This document shows, piece by piece, positions 10,165 through 20,328 of a DNA stretch of 64,000 nucleotides. The position numbers and the translations under genes are program-made. This DNA is from a bacterium (lineage in GTDB: Bacteria; SAR324; NAC60-12), in NCBI GenBank assembly GCA_965209155.1, contig OZ242383.1:2336001-2400000 (forward strand), read 5' to 3'. Under the pieces are notes generated by a model. That model was not told the DNA's origin. It ran no database searches and saw nothing but the letters and a program-made list of their open reading frames with translations. How positions within the stretch are numbered: position 1 is the first letter of the stretch; each line of letters begins with the position of its first letter.

Positions 10165-10306
10165 CAGAAAAAAATTGATCGGGTTGGATTGCTCGTTTCC
10201 TGACAGACGAATCATTGCAACAAATGAGAGAAAAGTTTAACCCCCCCAACCTCTCGACGTGATGTAAATTCTAAAAACTGTTCTGACTATACTTGACAGG
10301 AAATTA

Positions 10307-10660
10307 ATGGAAGCGATCATTTATTACAATCCAAAATGCAGCAAAAGCAGAGAAGCATTACAAATCCTTAAAGAGAAAGGCATTGTCCCTCAAGTGGTTC
10401 ATTATCTTGAAACTCCACCATCGGATAAGGAATTGTCGGTAATTGTCAAAAAGCTGCAAATTGAACCAAAAGAGCTGATTCGATTTAAAGAAAAGAAAGC
10501 CAAAGAACTCAATCTTTCTCCTCTTGACAATCGAACTGCAGAAGAATGGTTTTCCGTGATTACCAGCAATCCGATTCTTTTGGAAAGACCCATTGTTATC
10601 ATCTCCGGAAAAGTTGCAATGGGGCGTCCTCCTGAAAAAATTTTAAAAATCCTGAGTTGA
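10307..10660 (+). CDS. arsC: ArsC family (glutaredoxin-type arsenate reductase-like)
   Basis: YNPKCSKSR, LLERPIV, GRPPE. Confidence 0.8.
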   Translation: MEAIIYYNPKCSKSREALQILKEKGIVPQVVHYLETPPSDKELSVIVKKLQIEPKELIRFKEKKAKELNLSPLDNRTAEEWFSVITSNPILLERPIVIISGKVAMGRPPEKILKILS

Positions 10661-10674
10661 GTTCGGCAACAGCC

Positions 10675-10752
10675 ATGAAACATCGAATCAATCGAACCAT
10701 CAAACTCCTTTCGCACCGTCAACCCATCTATCACGTGGGTGCCCACTCTGGG
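10675..10752 (+). pseudogene. N-terminal stub of an HpcH/HpaI-like aldolase
   Basis: MKHRINRTIKLLSHRQPIYHVGAHSG, abruptly joined to the opposite-strand PIN remnant. Confidence 0.4.
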
Positions 10753-10906
10753 AGACATCGTAAAGCTCCGCTAAGATATGACTGGAAACAACAAATTCAA
10801 ACTCTTTCACTTTGGCTTTTGACAACCAGGGTTAGGCGCGCTCATGTTTGAAATGATTTTCAACCAACGCCGCAACCAAAATGGAAGTATCAAATAAAGT
10901 TTTCAC
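10753..10906 (-). pseudogene. PIN/VapC toxin with premature stop and truncation
   Basis: GTG overlapping the antitoxin stop: VKTLFDTSILVAALVENHFKHERA*PWLSK...SHILAELY. Confidence 0.8.
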
Positions 10907-11160
10907 TCGATCCCTCCCAGCAAAGAATTTCGAACTTGACGGACTTCGTCAAGTCTCGATTCGATGTCCCCAATTGTTTTTCCTGTAAATACCAAAACCC
11001 CATTTTTCTCTTTAAGGTTTCCCTCACCTTCAACTGGTTTCAATAGGATGCCATCTTTCCCTTCTTCTATACGAACGGTGCTCCCGGGGCCAAGGTTTAA
11101 CTCGTCTCTCAATTTTTTAGGAATAACGATGCGACCAAATCTATCTAAAGTAGCATCCAT
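10903..11160 (-). CDS. AbrB/MazE/SpoVT family antitoxin
   Basis: TLDRFGRIVIPKKLRDELNLGPG; GGAGG RBS. Confidence 0.9.
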   Translation of the reverse strand: MDATLDRFGRIVIPKKLRDELNLGPGSTVRIEEGKDGILLKPVEGEGNLKEKNGVLVFTGKTIGDIESRLDEVRQVRNSLLGGIE

Positions 11161-11266
11161 AAATCCTCCATTCAGAAATTTATTGCTAATATATCATGCC
11201 ATTTGCCAATAATCAATTCTAATACGGAAGATCAAACAAGGCAAATCAGGTGAGATAATTTGATGC

Positions 11267-11333
11267 GCTTAACGACAAGTCCATCCGCTTGCGCACCCCT
11301 AGCATGGGTATGATCTTATCGGGTGATAGTCCC
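11267..11333. other. Degenerate attC half-site plus 5' remnant of a group IIC-type intron
   Basis: gcttaac (GTTAAGC on -), then ttgc|gcacccctagcatgggtatg...gggtgatagtccc, resembling a GUGCG/GUACG...GCAUGGG...GGGUGAAAGUCCC intron 5' end. Confidence 0.45.
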
Positions 11334-11337
11334 GTGT

Positions 11338-11525
11338 AAATCCGGGGACAGTTCCTTATTTTTTAGCTTTTTTATACCTTTCTGGTTTCTTGGCCCTCAA
11401 TTCTCGTTTGGTCAGGGGGCTCTGCCTTTCTTAGAAATCGCTCATTTCCTATGGGATGACCGGTCCTGATATGCTCTCGAAATCTTTCTAAATCATGAGA
11501 CTCCTCCTTGAGATTCTTCTTACAA
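11338..11525 (-). pseudogene. C-terminal fragment of a REP-associated tyrosine transposase (RAYT) with adjacent ggggacagtt end
   Basis: Translation ...REHIRTGHPIGNERFLRKAEPLTKRELRAKKP...*; end motif aactgtcccc recurs at ~22063. Confidence 0.6.
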
Positions 11526-13377
11526 CGGATCTTCACCCCTGATGATTAGGGGTGATTAAGATATAAATGACTGATTTTTAATAAAATGTTCGTTCTTTCA
11601 TGAGTTTTTTCTAGTGACTACAGTCACTTCTCGATGAGGTAAAGCATTAGGGAGCCTTATGTTGAGGGCTTCCAATAGTTTCTGGGATTGTTCTCGGGGA
11701 GTTGGAATTTTGAGACAACTTCCCTGGCCTTTGACTTTCACTTCGATGGCACCAAGAGTCGCCAGTTGTTTCAGTCCTTCTTCAGCGGTCAAATCAAAGC
11801 GTTTCCACGCTTGCTGTAAGCGGCGAAGCATCAGGTAAGCTAACATGACGACCAAGACATGTCCGCGAGTACTTTTTTCCTTTCGGACAAAAACGGGTCG
11901 CACTTCCAGAAAGGAGGTTTTACAAGAGCGAAAGGCCTTTTCGACTTGAGCTAAATCCCGATAGCGATCATGAACCATCTTCTGGTCAGCCTTCTTCTTT
12001 GGCAGATCGGTTTTAATGACGTAGCATCCATCCAAGAGTACTTCTTCTTTCAGAGCCTCTTGATCCAGCACTAAACTCAAGGCTCTTCCTTGTTGTTGAA
12101 TGTGCAGCCATTTATCAACTTTGAGCTGGTTGATCCTCCCTTCGACTGCTTTGAGGGCAGTGGCCGGTTTGGCTCTCGAATGCTCCTTGAGATAAAGATT
12201 TTTGCTGTGGAGCAATGCTTCCAGAGCGTGCTGCTTAGAGAGACGAGTCTCCTCCATTTCCCGAGCTCGGATCGGATTGCGCTTCAGGAGGTAACGGACC
12301 GCCTCCTCTTGCACTTCACAGAGTTGTTCATCAAAGAGTCCCGGGTGGATCAGTCCTTTTTTGATCAGGGTGTGAATTTGGGGTTTGGTGATGGCGGTAA
12401 TATAATAAAATCCTTTTGGTAGATCCGCAATCTGAGTGCTTTTAATCATTCCTCGGTCTCCGACAAAAGTGACTGTTTGGCAACCAAAGGCCTGGGCGAC
12501 TTTCTTCACTTGAGAGGCCAAGGTTTGGGGATCTTGGGTATTTCCCTCGAAGACCTCCACAGAGACCGGGTCTCCTTGGCAGTCACACAGCAATCCCATC
12601 ACGATTTGTTTTTTGCCTTTCTTGCCATGGCGATTATAGCCATATTGCTCAAAAAAGTTGTCTTCTCCTTCTAAATAACTGTTGGTCACATCGTAGAGAA
12701 AGAGGTCCACGGAGCGCTCTGCTTGCCTCTGGGAGAAAAGCGCCTGTTCGATCCGGGCTTGATGATTGGCGAGCCATTGAAGATTCTCATAAAGATCATT
12801 TTCATCAAAACCGCGAGCGAACCCTAAGAGCGAACCCACCGCATGCGTTTTGGCCAAGCGCACAGCAGAGAGGAGAGGGCCTTGATCGATGAGGCTGGCC
12901 ATTACCTGCCAGAGCGCTAACTTTCCGGAAAATGTTTTACCTAATGCTTTCTCCATTCCCAGAGTTTTGGCCATTTGATAAAGGGTCCATACCGCCCCAA
13001 CTGAGCGTCCTTCTTTTAACTCGACTCCCTCTTTGATCGACTCCAGCGCACCCAGATCACCCTTATTTTTCAGAGCCAGCTTGATGGCGGCAATTTCCTC
13101 AGCAGTGCAATGGGAAAGATTGGCAATGCTCCGCTTTTTGACCTTACCATTTTCTCGGTAGGATTCCCGAAGCAAAACGGAGTGGTAAATTTTTTTCCCA
13201 ACTTTGGATATATTTTCTACAACATGTATGTCAACAATATAAACTGGATATCCAGTTTTGTCAAGGTATTAATTATAAAAATTATTTAATTTTAGTGACT
13301 ACAAGTTTGATGCTAAAATAAGGTTCTAGCCCAGCATACTAAAGGCTTTGATCAGAATACACCGGGGTGAAGATCCG
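11526..13377 (-). mobile_element. IS1634 family insertion sequence
   Basis: 14-bp terminal IR cggatcttcacccc (11526-11539) / ggggtgaagatccg (13364-13377) around the transposase; no target duplication visible. Confidence 0.82.
11598..13229 (-). CDS. IS1634 family DDE transposase (likely start codon mutated to ATA)
   Basis: LRESYRENGKVK, FLYDVTNSY, GYNRHGK, FVGDRGM, VEKAFR; in-frame upstream ATA-HVVENISKVGKKIYHS. Confidence 0.85.
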   Translation of the reverse strand: MHVVENISKVGKKIYHSVLLRESYRENGKVKKRSIANLSHCTAEEIAAIKLALKNKGDLGALESIKEGVELKEGRSVGAVWTLYQMAKTLGMEKALGKTFSGKLALWQVMASLIDQGPLLSAVRLAKTHAVGSLLGFARGFDENDLYENLQWLANHQARIEQALFSQRQAERSVDLFLYDVTNSYLEGEDNFFEQYGYNRHGKKGKKQIVMGLLCDCQGDPVSVEVFEGNTQDPQTLASQVKKVAQAFGCQTVTFVGDRGMIKSTQIADLPKGFYYITAITKPQIHTLIKKGLIHPGLFDEQLCEVQEEAVRYLLKRNPIRAREMEETRLSKQHALEALLHSKNLYLKEHSRAKPATALKAVEGRINQLKVDKWLHIQQQGRALSLVLDQEALKEEVLLDGCYVIKTDLPKKKADQKMVHDRYRDLAQVEKAFRSCKTSFLEVRPVFVRKEKSTRGHVLVVMLAYLMLRRLQQAWKRFDLTAEEGLKQLATLGAIEVKVKGQGSCLKIPTPREQSQKLLEALNIRLPNALPHREVTVVTRKNS

Positions 13378-13611
13378 CCGGAAGTTTTGGTAGCTCTGGT
13401 GGGGGGCAAGTCCCCTGAACAAGTGGCAGCCAATACCCGGTTTGTCAATGATCTCTCTGAGCAAGATCTTGCGGAGATTGAAGCCATCCTCGAGGACGCA
13501 CCTGAAATCAGTTGGGGGATCACCAACGGGGGATCGGACACATCGCTGAACAATGACGCTCGAGCAAAAGTTGGACTCCCCCCCTCCCCTCTGAGTGGTA
13601 TGAAGAGATGA
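13378..13611 (+). pseudogene. C-terminal fragment of an aldo/keto reductase
   Basis: PEVLVALVGGKSPEQVAAN...LSEQDLAEIEAIL begins exactly at the IS end. Confidence 0.55.
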
Positions 13612-13710
13612 TCAACTTTTGAACTTAGCCCTGAGGCTTTCCCCCTATGTGGATAACAGGAAATTGTTCTGGGAACAGGGACTGCCTCATAAAATTCTTT
13701 GATGAAACCT

Positions 13711-14736
13711 TCAGTTATTCAAAGCCATTGGATAATCAAAGTAGGTAGGGCAGTTTTCTTCTTTGAAAATGGTATCAATCTCATTGAGATCGCTTTCGGT
13801 TAATTTCCATTCGGTTGCCTCAACATTCTGTTGGAGTTCCTGTTCGTTGCGCATCCCCACCAGAGCCACGGAAACCACCTCATTTCGCAAGGCCCAGGCG
13901 ATTGCCAACTGGGGAAGGGATTTTCCGTAACCTGCCGCCAATCCAGCCAGTCGTTTGCCCACTTTCAATTCTCTTAAAAAATTCTCCTTTTTGAAAAGTG
14001 GAAGCCAAAATGCGTCTCCTCCTTTCCACTTTCTCCAGTCATTGTCGGCGAACGTCGTCTGAGGTGTGAACGCTCCTGTGAGCAGCCCAAACCCCAATGT
14101 TCCATAACCCATGAAACCAATCTTCTTTTCTTGGCAATAAGGGAAAATAGATTTTTCCATCCGTTGATCGAAGAGATGATAGCCCACCTGGTTGGCGACA
14201 ATGTCTGTATAGTTTAAACCGTAATCCATCATCTCAGTATTGAAGTTGGAGACACCACAGTGGCGTATCTTCCCATCGACCTTCAGTTTTTCTAAAGCCC
14301 GCAAGGGCTCATCCAAGGCGGTATTGAAATCGGGCCAATGGATCAGCATCAGATCAATGACGTCGGTATTTAAACGGCGCAGGCAGCCTTCTGCTCTTTT
14401 GATAATATGGTGATATTCGGAAAGGCGTCCCAGCACCCCACCAAATTTTTCAGACGACTCATCTCTGCTTTCATCATAGGCAAATCCAACCTTGTCTACA
14501 ATGATGACCTCCTTACGTTTGTTCCCAAGGGCTTTTCCTAAAAGAATCTCGGAGTGAAAAGGGCCGTAAATCTCTGCCGTGTCAAACAAGTTAATGCCAT
14601 GGTCGATCGCCGAGTGAATAGCACGGGTCACTTCACTGACATCGATCTCGCCGTACATGCTGCCACTCATCTCCCAGGTTCCATACCCCACCGTGGAGCA
14701 GAGTAAATCTGATTTACCAATTTGTCGCTGTTTCAT
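13711..14736 (-). CDS. Aldo/keto reductase
   Basis: GYGTW, FDTAEIYG, IDLMLIHWPD, GVSNF, QLAIAW. Confidence 0.93.
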   Translation of the reverse strand: MKQRQIGKSDLLCSTVGYGTWEMSGSMYGEIDVSEVTRAIHSAIDHGINLFDTAEIYGPFHSEILLGKALGNKRKEVIIVDKVGFAYDESRDESSEKFGGVLGRLSEYHHIIKRAEGCLRRLNTDVIDLMLIHWPDFNTALDEPLRALEKLKVDGKIRHCGVSNFNTEMMDYGLNYTDIVANQVGYHLFDQRMEKSIFPYCQEKKIGFMGYGTLGFGLLTGAFTPQTTFADNDWRKWKGGDAFWLPLFKKENFLRELKVGKRLAGLAAGYGKSLPQLAIAWALRNEVVSVALVGMRNEQELQQNVEATEWKLTESDLNEIDTIFKEENCPTYFDYPMALNN

Positions 14737-14777
14737 TGTTTATTTGTAACCTTTCTACCTCACTTTATTAAGTAAAA

Positions 14778-14878
14778 TAACGTGAATTCTGGATAAGAGA
14801 TTACCCTCCCAGGATGGGATTTATTCATGGCTCATGCTTATTTTAGCAGACTTTTGCGCTTATCCAGAACTGACGTTA
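14778..14878. mobile_element. ~100-bp MITE
   Basis: Terminal IR taacgtgaattctggataag / cttatccagaactgacgtta (18/20 match). Confidence 0.7.
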
Positions 14879-15159
14879 AAATATAATGGCAACATGCACG
14901 ATACATGTTGGAACAGAGGAGTAAATATTAAAGACCAAATCCTTTGTCAAGCAGTTTTTAATTTTTTTTTTTGATTTTGATTGTTTTATTGTTGCCACTT
15001 GTCTCAAAAATGGTACTCCTCTTCTCAGTAGAGATCAATCCATTCATAGGGGCATATAGAGGTAATTGGGTGAAGCAAAGAAAAAGACACCGATTCCTTT
15101 GTGTCCAATTATAATTATTCAGATGCTCTGCCAGATGAATTTTAGACAGGGGGAAATCC

Positions 15160-15378
15160 ATGAAATTGTTACTGGATACACGCATCTTTTTTTGGCTAAA
15201 CAGTCAGCCCCAAAAACTGCCTGGAAATATTCTTGCTACCTGTGTAAATACGAACAATCAATTGGTTTTAAGCCATGTTTCCCCTTGGGAGATTCAGATC
15301 AAACAGCCATTAGGAAAAATGAATCTCGATTCGGAAACCTTACTCGGGGGCGATCCATTTCAATTGAGTAGAGGATAA
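15160..15378 (+). pseudogene. Truncated PIN/VapC toxin with degraded antitoxin remnant upstream
   Basis: MKLLLDTRIFFW...LSHVSPWEIQIK, about half length; upstream remnant reads DALPDEF*. Confidence 0.75.
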
Positions 15379-15474
15379 GACTTTTAGGGAGAGCCTTTGT
15401 CTTGGCTTTGGCCAGGGAAGGCGTCAGTATGCCGATGGTGAAAATTGGAAGGAACGTTTTGTTGGCTGAGGTCT

Positions 15475-15948
15475 TTAGATTTCGATGGTGTTAGGGAAAG
15501 GGCACATATTTGAGTTTTTTATTTTTCCAGACTTGTCGTAAAATCGTACTTTCCCTTTTTCATCACAAATCCAGACTTCTGTAGCTCCTGAACTGAAATA
15601 GAGATTTCTTTTTTCATCCATTTCTTTGTCTGTATTGGTAGGGGAGAGGATTTCAATACATAACTCGGGGGCCATCGAACTTTCGGGGGCATACTTTACT
15701 TGATTGAGTAATTCTTCCGAACACCAAACAACATCCGGCACTTTTGTTCCTTTCGCAGTACCAATAGCAAATTCTGGAATAACTTCCCCATGATCCATAA
15801 ATTTGATCAACAATTTAATAATTTTTGCTTGATACAATGAATGTAACAGCCTCGCTGGACTCATAAGAATTTGCCCTCTTTCATTGAGTTCAATTTTGTA
15901 TGGTAAATCGGTTAAATTAGGATCTGCACATACTTCTTGCCAATTCAT
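15475..15948 (-). CDS. Uma2 family endonuclease (DUF820)
   Basis: KVPDVVW, APELCIEILSP, GATEVWI. Confidence 0.9.
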   Translation of the reverse strand: MNWQEVCADPNLTDLPYKIELNERGQILMSPARLLHSLYQAKIIKLLIKFMDHGEVIPEFAIGTAKGTKVPDVVWCSEELLNQVKYAPESSMAPELCIEILSPTNTDKEMDEKRNLYFSSGATEVWICDEKGKVRFYDKSGKIKNSNMCPFPNTIEI

Positions 15949-16034
15949 GAGACCTCTTTTTTAGATTTGTGAATTTTTCTTCCATTCTACCAGCTTTCTA
16001 ATTTTTATTCAAAATTAGAAAATTTCGCTTGCTC

Positions 16035-16745
16035 TCATAATCTTTTACCCTTCAAGAGCTGACCCGAACCCCTCCCCCTTTCATTGGTGTAGAGATTCAC
16101 CCCTCCACCCACCGGTGTGCCAGCAAAAATAGAGCCCAGCCCGAGAGAGTTCAACTCCCGGTCGTAGGATCCTTCCACCATGTCGAGGTCCCCGTCATCG
16201 TCTAGGTCGCCCCATGCCATCACAAAGGGAAATTGTCGGTTGATGAAATCTTGCTTGGCGACGCGCATGAAGTCAGGCTGACTGGGATTCCCGCCCGCAC
16301 GCCAGAAAGAAGGGGGAGCACCGGAATGAGTAAATACCAAGTCGATCCGTCCATCGCCATCCACGTCCATGGCATTGACCACCCGCGAACCATCGGCATC
16401 CAGAAGTTCACCGCGAAATTTCAACCCACCCTGGTTCCACATAATATTCGACGGCGCATGTTGCCCGGCCAAGATGATATCGATCAGGCCATCCTCGTTG
16501 AGGTCCGCCAAAGCCACTCCAGCCCCATGACCTTGATACAAGCCGATGCGCTTTTTGTCACTGCGGGTCACATGAGACAAACGATGGGGCACGAAGGAAC
16601 CGGTGCACTGACGTGAATCAATTGACAGGGGTTGAGATTCCACCATGATGGAAACTGACGGAGCGCCAGGCGGCATAGTGGTACACCCTGACAGTACGAT
16701 TGCCAAGCAGGATAGCGCTATAATTCGACAATAAAAAACAGACAC
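16035..16745 (-). pseudogene. FG-GAP/VCBS-repeat (CRTAC1-like) lipoprotein, C-terminally truncated
   Basis: Lipobox LSGC; DLNEDGLIDI, DVDGDGRIDL, DLDDDGDLDM repeats; ends abruptly in AT-rich DNA. Confidence 0.7.
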
Positions 16746-16914
16746 GAAATACGATATGCTTCGAGATTCAATATCTTCGTATTTTCCAAAATACTGTCAA
16801 GCAAGCATTAATCAAATCAGGATGGACCATTACTCATGATCCTTATACCATAACTTTTGGACAAAAAAGTGTCTTTGTTGACCTTGGAGCTGAAAGGCTC
16901 CTGTTGCGCACTCA

Positions 16915-17013
16915 GGGTCTGTAATAAAATAACTTCATTCACTCATTCCCTCTTTGACAAAAGGGGCGTAGTGGAATTTTCAAAAAATTAGAGAAGTTAT
17001 TTTGACAGACCCT
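16915..17013. mobile_element. ~100-bp MITE
   Basis: IR agggtctgtaataaaataacttc / gaagttattttgacagaccct with internal hairpin ccctctttgacaaaagggg. Confidence 0.6.
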
Positions 17014-17421
17014 TACCAGTTGAAAGGATTGATCACACGGCCCAGCAAACCCCGTTTGCGTTTCTCCTGTACGACGCCAAAACTGCCCTGGCCGCCGCGC
17101 AGGCGGGGATCGAGCAGATCACGCATGGCATCGCCGAAGATGTTGAGACAGTAGACGACCACCGTCAGGCAGATCCCGGGCCACATGGCCAGGCGTGGGG
17201 CCATCTCCATGAACTGGCGCCCTTCGCGGCTGAGCATGCCGCCCCAGTTGGGTACCGTGGTCGGCAGGCCAAAGCCGAGAAAGCTCAGCGAGGCCTCGGC
17301 GATGATCACCCCGCCGATGGTGATGGAGAAGACGACGATGACCGGTGCGGTGATGTTCGGCCAGACGTGGCGCAACAGGATATGCCAAGGCGTGCTGCCG
17401 GTGGCGTGGGCGGCCTCAAAG
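17013..17421 (-). pseudogene. 3' fragment of a DppC/OppC-type ABC permease (GC-rich)
   Basis: FEAAHATG...RHVWPN...AEASLSFLGFG...GDAMRDLLDPR; 5' part missing. Confidence 0.85.
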
Positions 17422-17503
17422 TAAGGGATTCCCTGACATTGAGTTAGAGATTTAGTGGGGATATTCCGAGGATTGACAAAAAAAATTAATTGATTTTGAG
17501 GCG

Positions 17504-18466
17504 TTATACAGTGGTCGCTCCATACCGTTTCCCCACGGTTTCTTTCCGCAGGATAGCCAATTCCGCAGCCAGTGCTTCCCTGCCAGCCTGAGCTTCCGGG
17601 TCAGAGGGGTAGTAAGCGAGTGCTGTGGCAACGTCACCGGCGACTCGTGTTGCGATCATAACGCGGGCTTTGCGATAGTCGTAGGGTCTGGCACGATGAA
17701 AGAGTGCCCGGTTATCCCAAAGTAGCGTGTCTCCCACTCGCCATTTGTGAGTATAAACTCGGCTTGGATCCGAAACGGCGAAGTTCAGCAGGGATTGCAA
17801 CAGCTCCCGACTTGCCGTTCGAGTCAGGCCAGGTATGCCAAAAGCATGTCGGCCGAAAAACAGGTTCTTGACGCCGGTTTCCGGATGGGTTTTGACCAAG
17901 GGCCGCAGGTAAGCTTGGCCGTGATAGATTCCGTCCTCTTCTTGTGGCGGGAAGTCGCCCACGTCATTTGCCTGAGAATATTGGGTGGAGTGGTAGGCGT
18001 TCAGGTCTCGGATGCGCACTTTGGTGGCCTCATCAAGGGCAGCATAACACGCGCGCATGTCGACCAGTTCGGTTTCACCTCCTTCCTCCGTCACAGCCAC
18101 TGCGGACAGGATAGCGCACTTGCTGCTCACCGGTTTGTAGGTCGAATCCGTGTGCCAGAACTCGTTGCCCACATTGGTTCTCATGCGCTGCGAATTCAAA
18201 TCGAGAATTTCGCCATAGACCCCATCTTCATGTTTTTGCTGATTAGCAAAGGCATTTGCGCCAAACTCCAACTCGCCAAACCTTTCTCCGAAATGAATGC
18301 TTGCTTCGTCCGTTAAAAACTGGTCAGGAAACACCAGGAAACCAAACTTCAGGAAAGCAGTCTTTATCTCCGAAAATTCAGCCTGACTGAGGTGGTTCAG
18401 TTTAACATTCGTGACCACGGCTCCAAATATTTTGTTAGCGATGGGAGAAATTGATATTTGTCTCAT
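17504..18466 (-). CDS. TauD/TfdA family Fe(II)/2-oxoglutarate dioxygenase
   Basis: WHTDSTY (HxD), WDNRALFHRA. Confidence 0.9.
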   Translation of the reverse strand: MRQISISPIANKIFGAVVTNVKLNHLSQAEFSEIKTAFLKFGFLVFPDQFLTDEASIHFGERFGELEFGANAFANQQKHEDGVYGEILDLNSQRMRTNVGNEFWHTDSTYKPVSSKCAILSAVAVTEEGGETELVDMRACYAALDEATKVRIRDLNAYHSTQYSQANDVGDFPPQEEDGIYHGQAYLRPLVKTHPETGVKNLFFGRHAFGIPGLTRTASRELLQSLLNFAVSDPSRVYTHKWRVGDTLLWDNRALFHRARPYDYRKARVMIATRVAGDVATALAYYPSDPEAQAGREALAAELAILRKETVGKRYGATTV

Positions 18467-18477
18467 GGGACTCTGCA

Positions 18478-19196
18478 TCCTTAAAGAATTGCTGGCATCG
18501 ATCAAAGGGCAGAAACTGATATTGATTGAGATAAACCGCTAAGCCTTTGATCCGGGGACCATATTGAGTGGGTCCCTCTATCCCTGCTGGAAAGCTCGAG
18601 CGATTCAGATGCCAGCAGCAGGGACAAATTTTTTGTTCCACCTGGTGCTCGGTGACCTCTAATTGGAGCGGGGGAAGATCAAAGATCTGACGTTTATGCG
18701 TGGCCTCAACCACCACCTTGGATAAATCTTCTCCACAGGCTTCACAGGTGCTGGGAGAATGGGACTCCACATGATCTGGTGATTCACTGAAAGGCAAATG
18801 ATGGCCTTTATGACCGGGTTGACCTCCGCGAGAGCGACCCCTGCTTTTACGCAAACTTTTGTTCTTTCGACTTTGATCGGTGGAAGGAGGCTTACTTGAG
18901 TTTTGGCTGTTGAGAGCCAGCTGATCCCGAAGTTGCTTATTTTCTGCTTCGAGCGCTTCAATACGCTTATTTTCTATTTCGAGACGTTTGAGGAGTTTTA
19001 ATCGCTCTTTCTTCCATTGCTCCCGTTCTTTTTCAAAGAGTTGACAGGCTTCTTGAAGAGCCTCAAGGGGGGCTGTCGATGAAATGGAACTAATATACTT
19101 TTGAACTTTTGAGAGCATAAAATCCTTCCTGGATTATATGCCAGGCAAAATCTGTGCTTAAATCGAAGGGGGGTCTAAAGTAACCTAAATAGTTAC
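18478..19196 (-). mobile_element. 5' part of a single-ORF IS66-family element (truncated transposase)
   Basis: GTAA-type end at 19196; LNSQNSSKPPS, GGQPGHKG, CEACG, CPCC, QYGP; breaks before the DDE core. Confidence 0.88.
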
Positions 19197-19209
19197 TGAA
19201 AAAAAAAGA

Positions 19210-19295
19210 GGGGGATTCTCACGTTGGCCATTATGAGGGTTGTCACTCTGGCAGATAAAACAACAATTCATAATGCTTTCCCAGATAGGAGATTT
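19210..19295 (+). pseudogene. C-terminal remnant of the toxin partner of the DUF2283 gene
   Basis: ...MRVVTLADKTTIHNAFPDRRF immediately after the IS66 end. Confidence 0.55.
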
Positions 19296-19300
19296 CAAAA

Positions 19301-19516
19301 ATGAAAATCAATTATTATTCAGAAACGGATTCTCTCTATATTGATTTATCAAACAACGCCAGTGTTGACAGTGAAGAAGTTTCCGAAGGAGTTGTTTTGG
19401 ATTATGATGAAAAGGGAAATTTAGTCGGCATTGATATTGACCAAGCCAGCCTGAAACTGGATTTACAGGAACTCATCCTCAATAAAATTCCAGCTCCCGT
19501 CAAACTCTCTGCTTAA
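19301..19516 (+). CDS. DUF2283 domain protein
   Basis: YYSETDSLYIDL...GVVLDYDEKGNLVGIDI. Confidence 0.85.
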   Translation: MKINYYSETDSLYIDLSNNASVDSEEVSEGVVLDYDEKGNLVGIDIDQASLKLDLQELILNKIPAPVKLSA

Positions 19517-19606
19517 CTCTTTCCACTCCGCTCAATTGGTAAGCGCACCAATGTTGGCAACGAGTTCTGGGGTGGCATCCGGTGAATCGTGTTGTTATCT
19601 CAAAAT

Positions 19607-19894
19607 TTATGCAGCTTCAATACGTTTTAAATGACTTAAATCTACTTTCCCTTGAGCGTTCCATAGATCGTATTGAAGTTGAAGCTTTAACCATCCTTCT
19701 GGAGTTCGACCAAAAACTCTCGACAAACGTAAAGCCATTTCCGGGCTGATACCTGCTCGTCCATTGAGTAATGCTGATAAGGTTTTTCGGGTAACACCTA
19801 AAGCGCTTGCTGCATCAGTGACAGTCATCTCAAGAGCATCCACACAGAAATCACGGATGATTTCTCCAGGATGAGGAGGATTGTGTATTCTCAT
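19607..19894 (-). CDS. higA: HigA family antitoxin (integron cassette 3)
   Basis: [25 protein letters not shown]. Confidence 0.93.
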   Translation of the reverse strand: MRIHNPPHPGEIIRDFCVDALEMTVTDAASALGVTRKTLSALLNGRAGISPEMALRLSRVFGRTPEGWLKLQLQYDLWNAQGKVDLSHLKRIEAA

Positions 19895-19905
19895 GTTAAA
19901 ACTCC

Positions 19906-20184
19906 TTAATGGTAATCGTCATAGACTACATTGGTGACGTTAGAACCTTGAAATTGAAAAGTGACTCTCCAATTTCCACTAACCGATACAGACCATGTGC
20001 CATCTCGGTCTCCTTTGAGAGGATGCAAACGAAGACCAGGTAAATCCATATCATCGGGAGATTCGGCAGTTTCAAGGAGTGCAAGAATTCTACGAAGTCT
20101 TATCACATGTTCTGATTGAATCCCTGCTATACTGCCTGAATCAAATAATTTTTTGAGTCCTTTGTGTTTAAATTTGATGATCAT
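19906..20184 (-). CDS. higB: HigB/RelE family toxin (integron cassette 3)
   Basis: FKHKGL...LHPLKG...[13 protein letters not shown]...DYH. Confidence 0.93.
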   Translation of the reverse strand: MIIKFKHKGLKKLFDSGSIAGIQSEHVIRLRRILALLETAESPDDMDLPGLRLHPLKGDRDGTWSVSVSGNWRVTFQFQGSNVTNVVYDDYH

Positions 20185-20196
20185 AATCCATAAAAT

Positions 20197-20220
20197 GTAA
20201 CCGATAACGTATCGGGTTGC
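20197..20220. promoter_or_regulatory. Palindromic higBA operator candidate
   Basis: gtaaccgata-acg-tatcgggttgc just upstream of higB. Confidence 0.6.
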
Positions 20221-20252
20221 AATACATAAGATGTTTATAGGTTTTTTAAGGG

Positions 20253-20328
20253 AGATAACGCCACGCTTCATGCGCGGCGGGAAGCGGAGCGGACGCTGCA
20301 CGCCGTCGCCTGCAAGCGATTTTTAGGT
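20253..20328 (-). other. attC site
   Basis: On -: ACCTAA(a)aatcgcttgcaggcgacggc...gccgcgcatgaagcgtggcGTTATCT; imperfect palindrome immediately after the methyltransferase stop. Confidence 0.8.
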
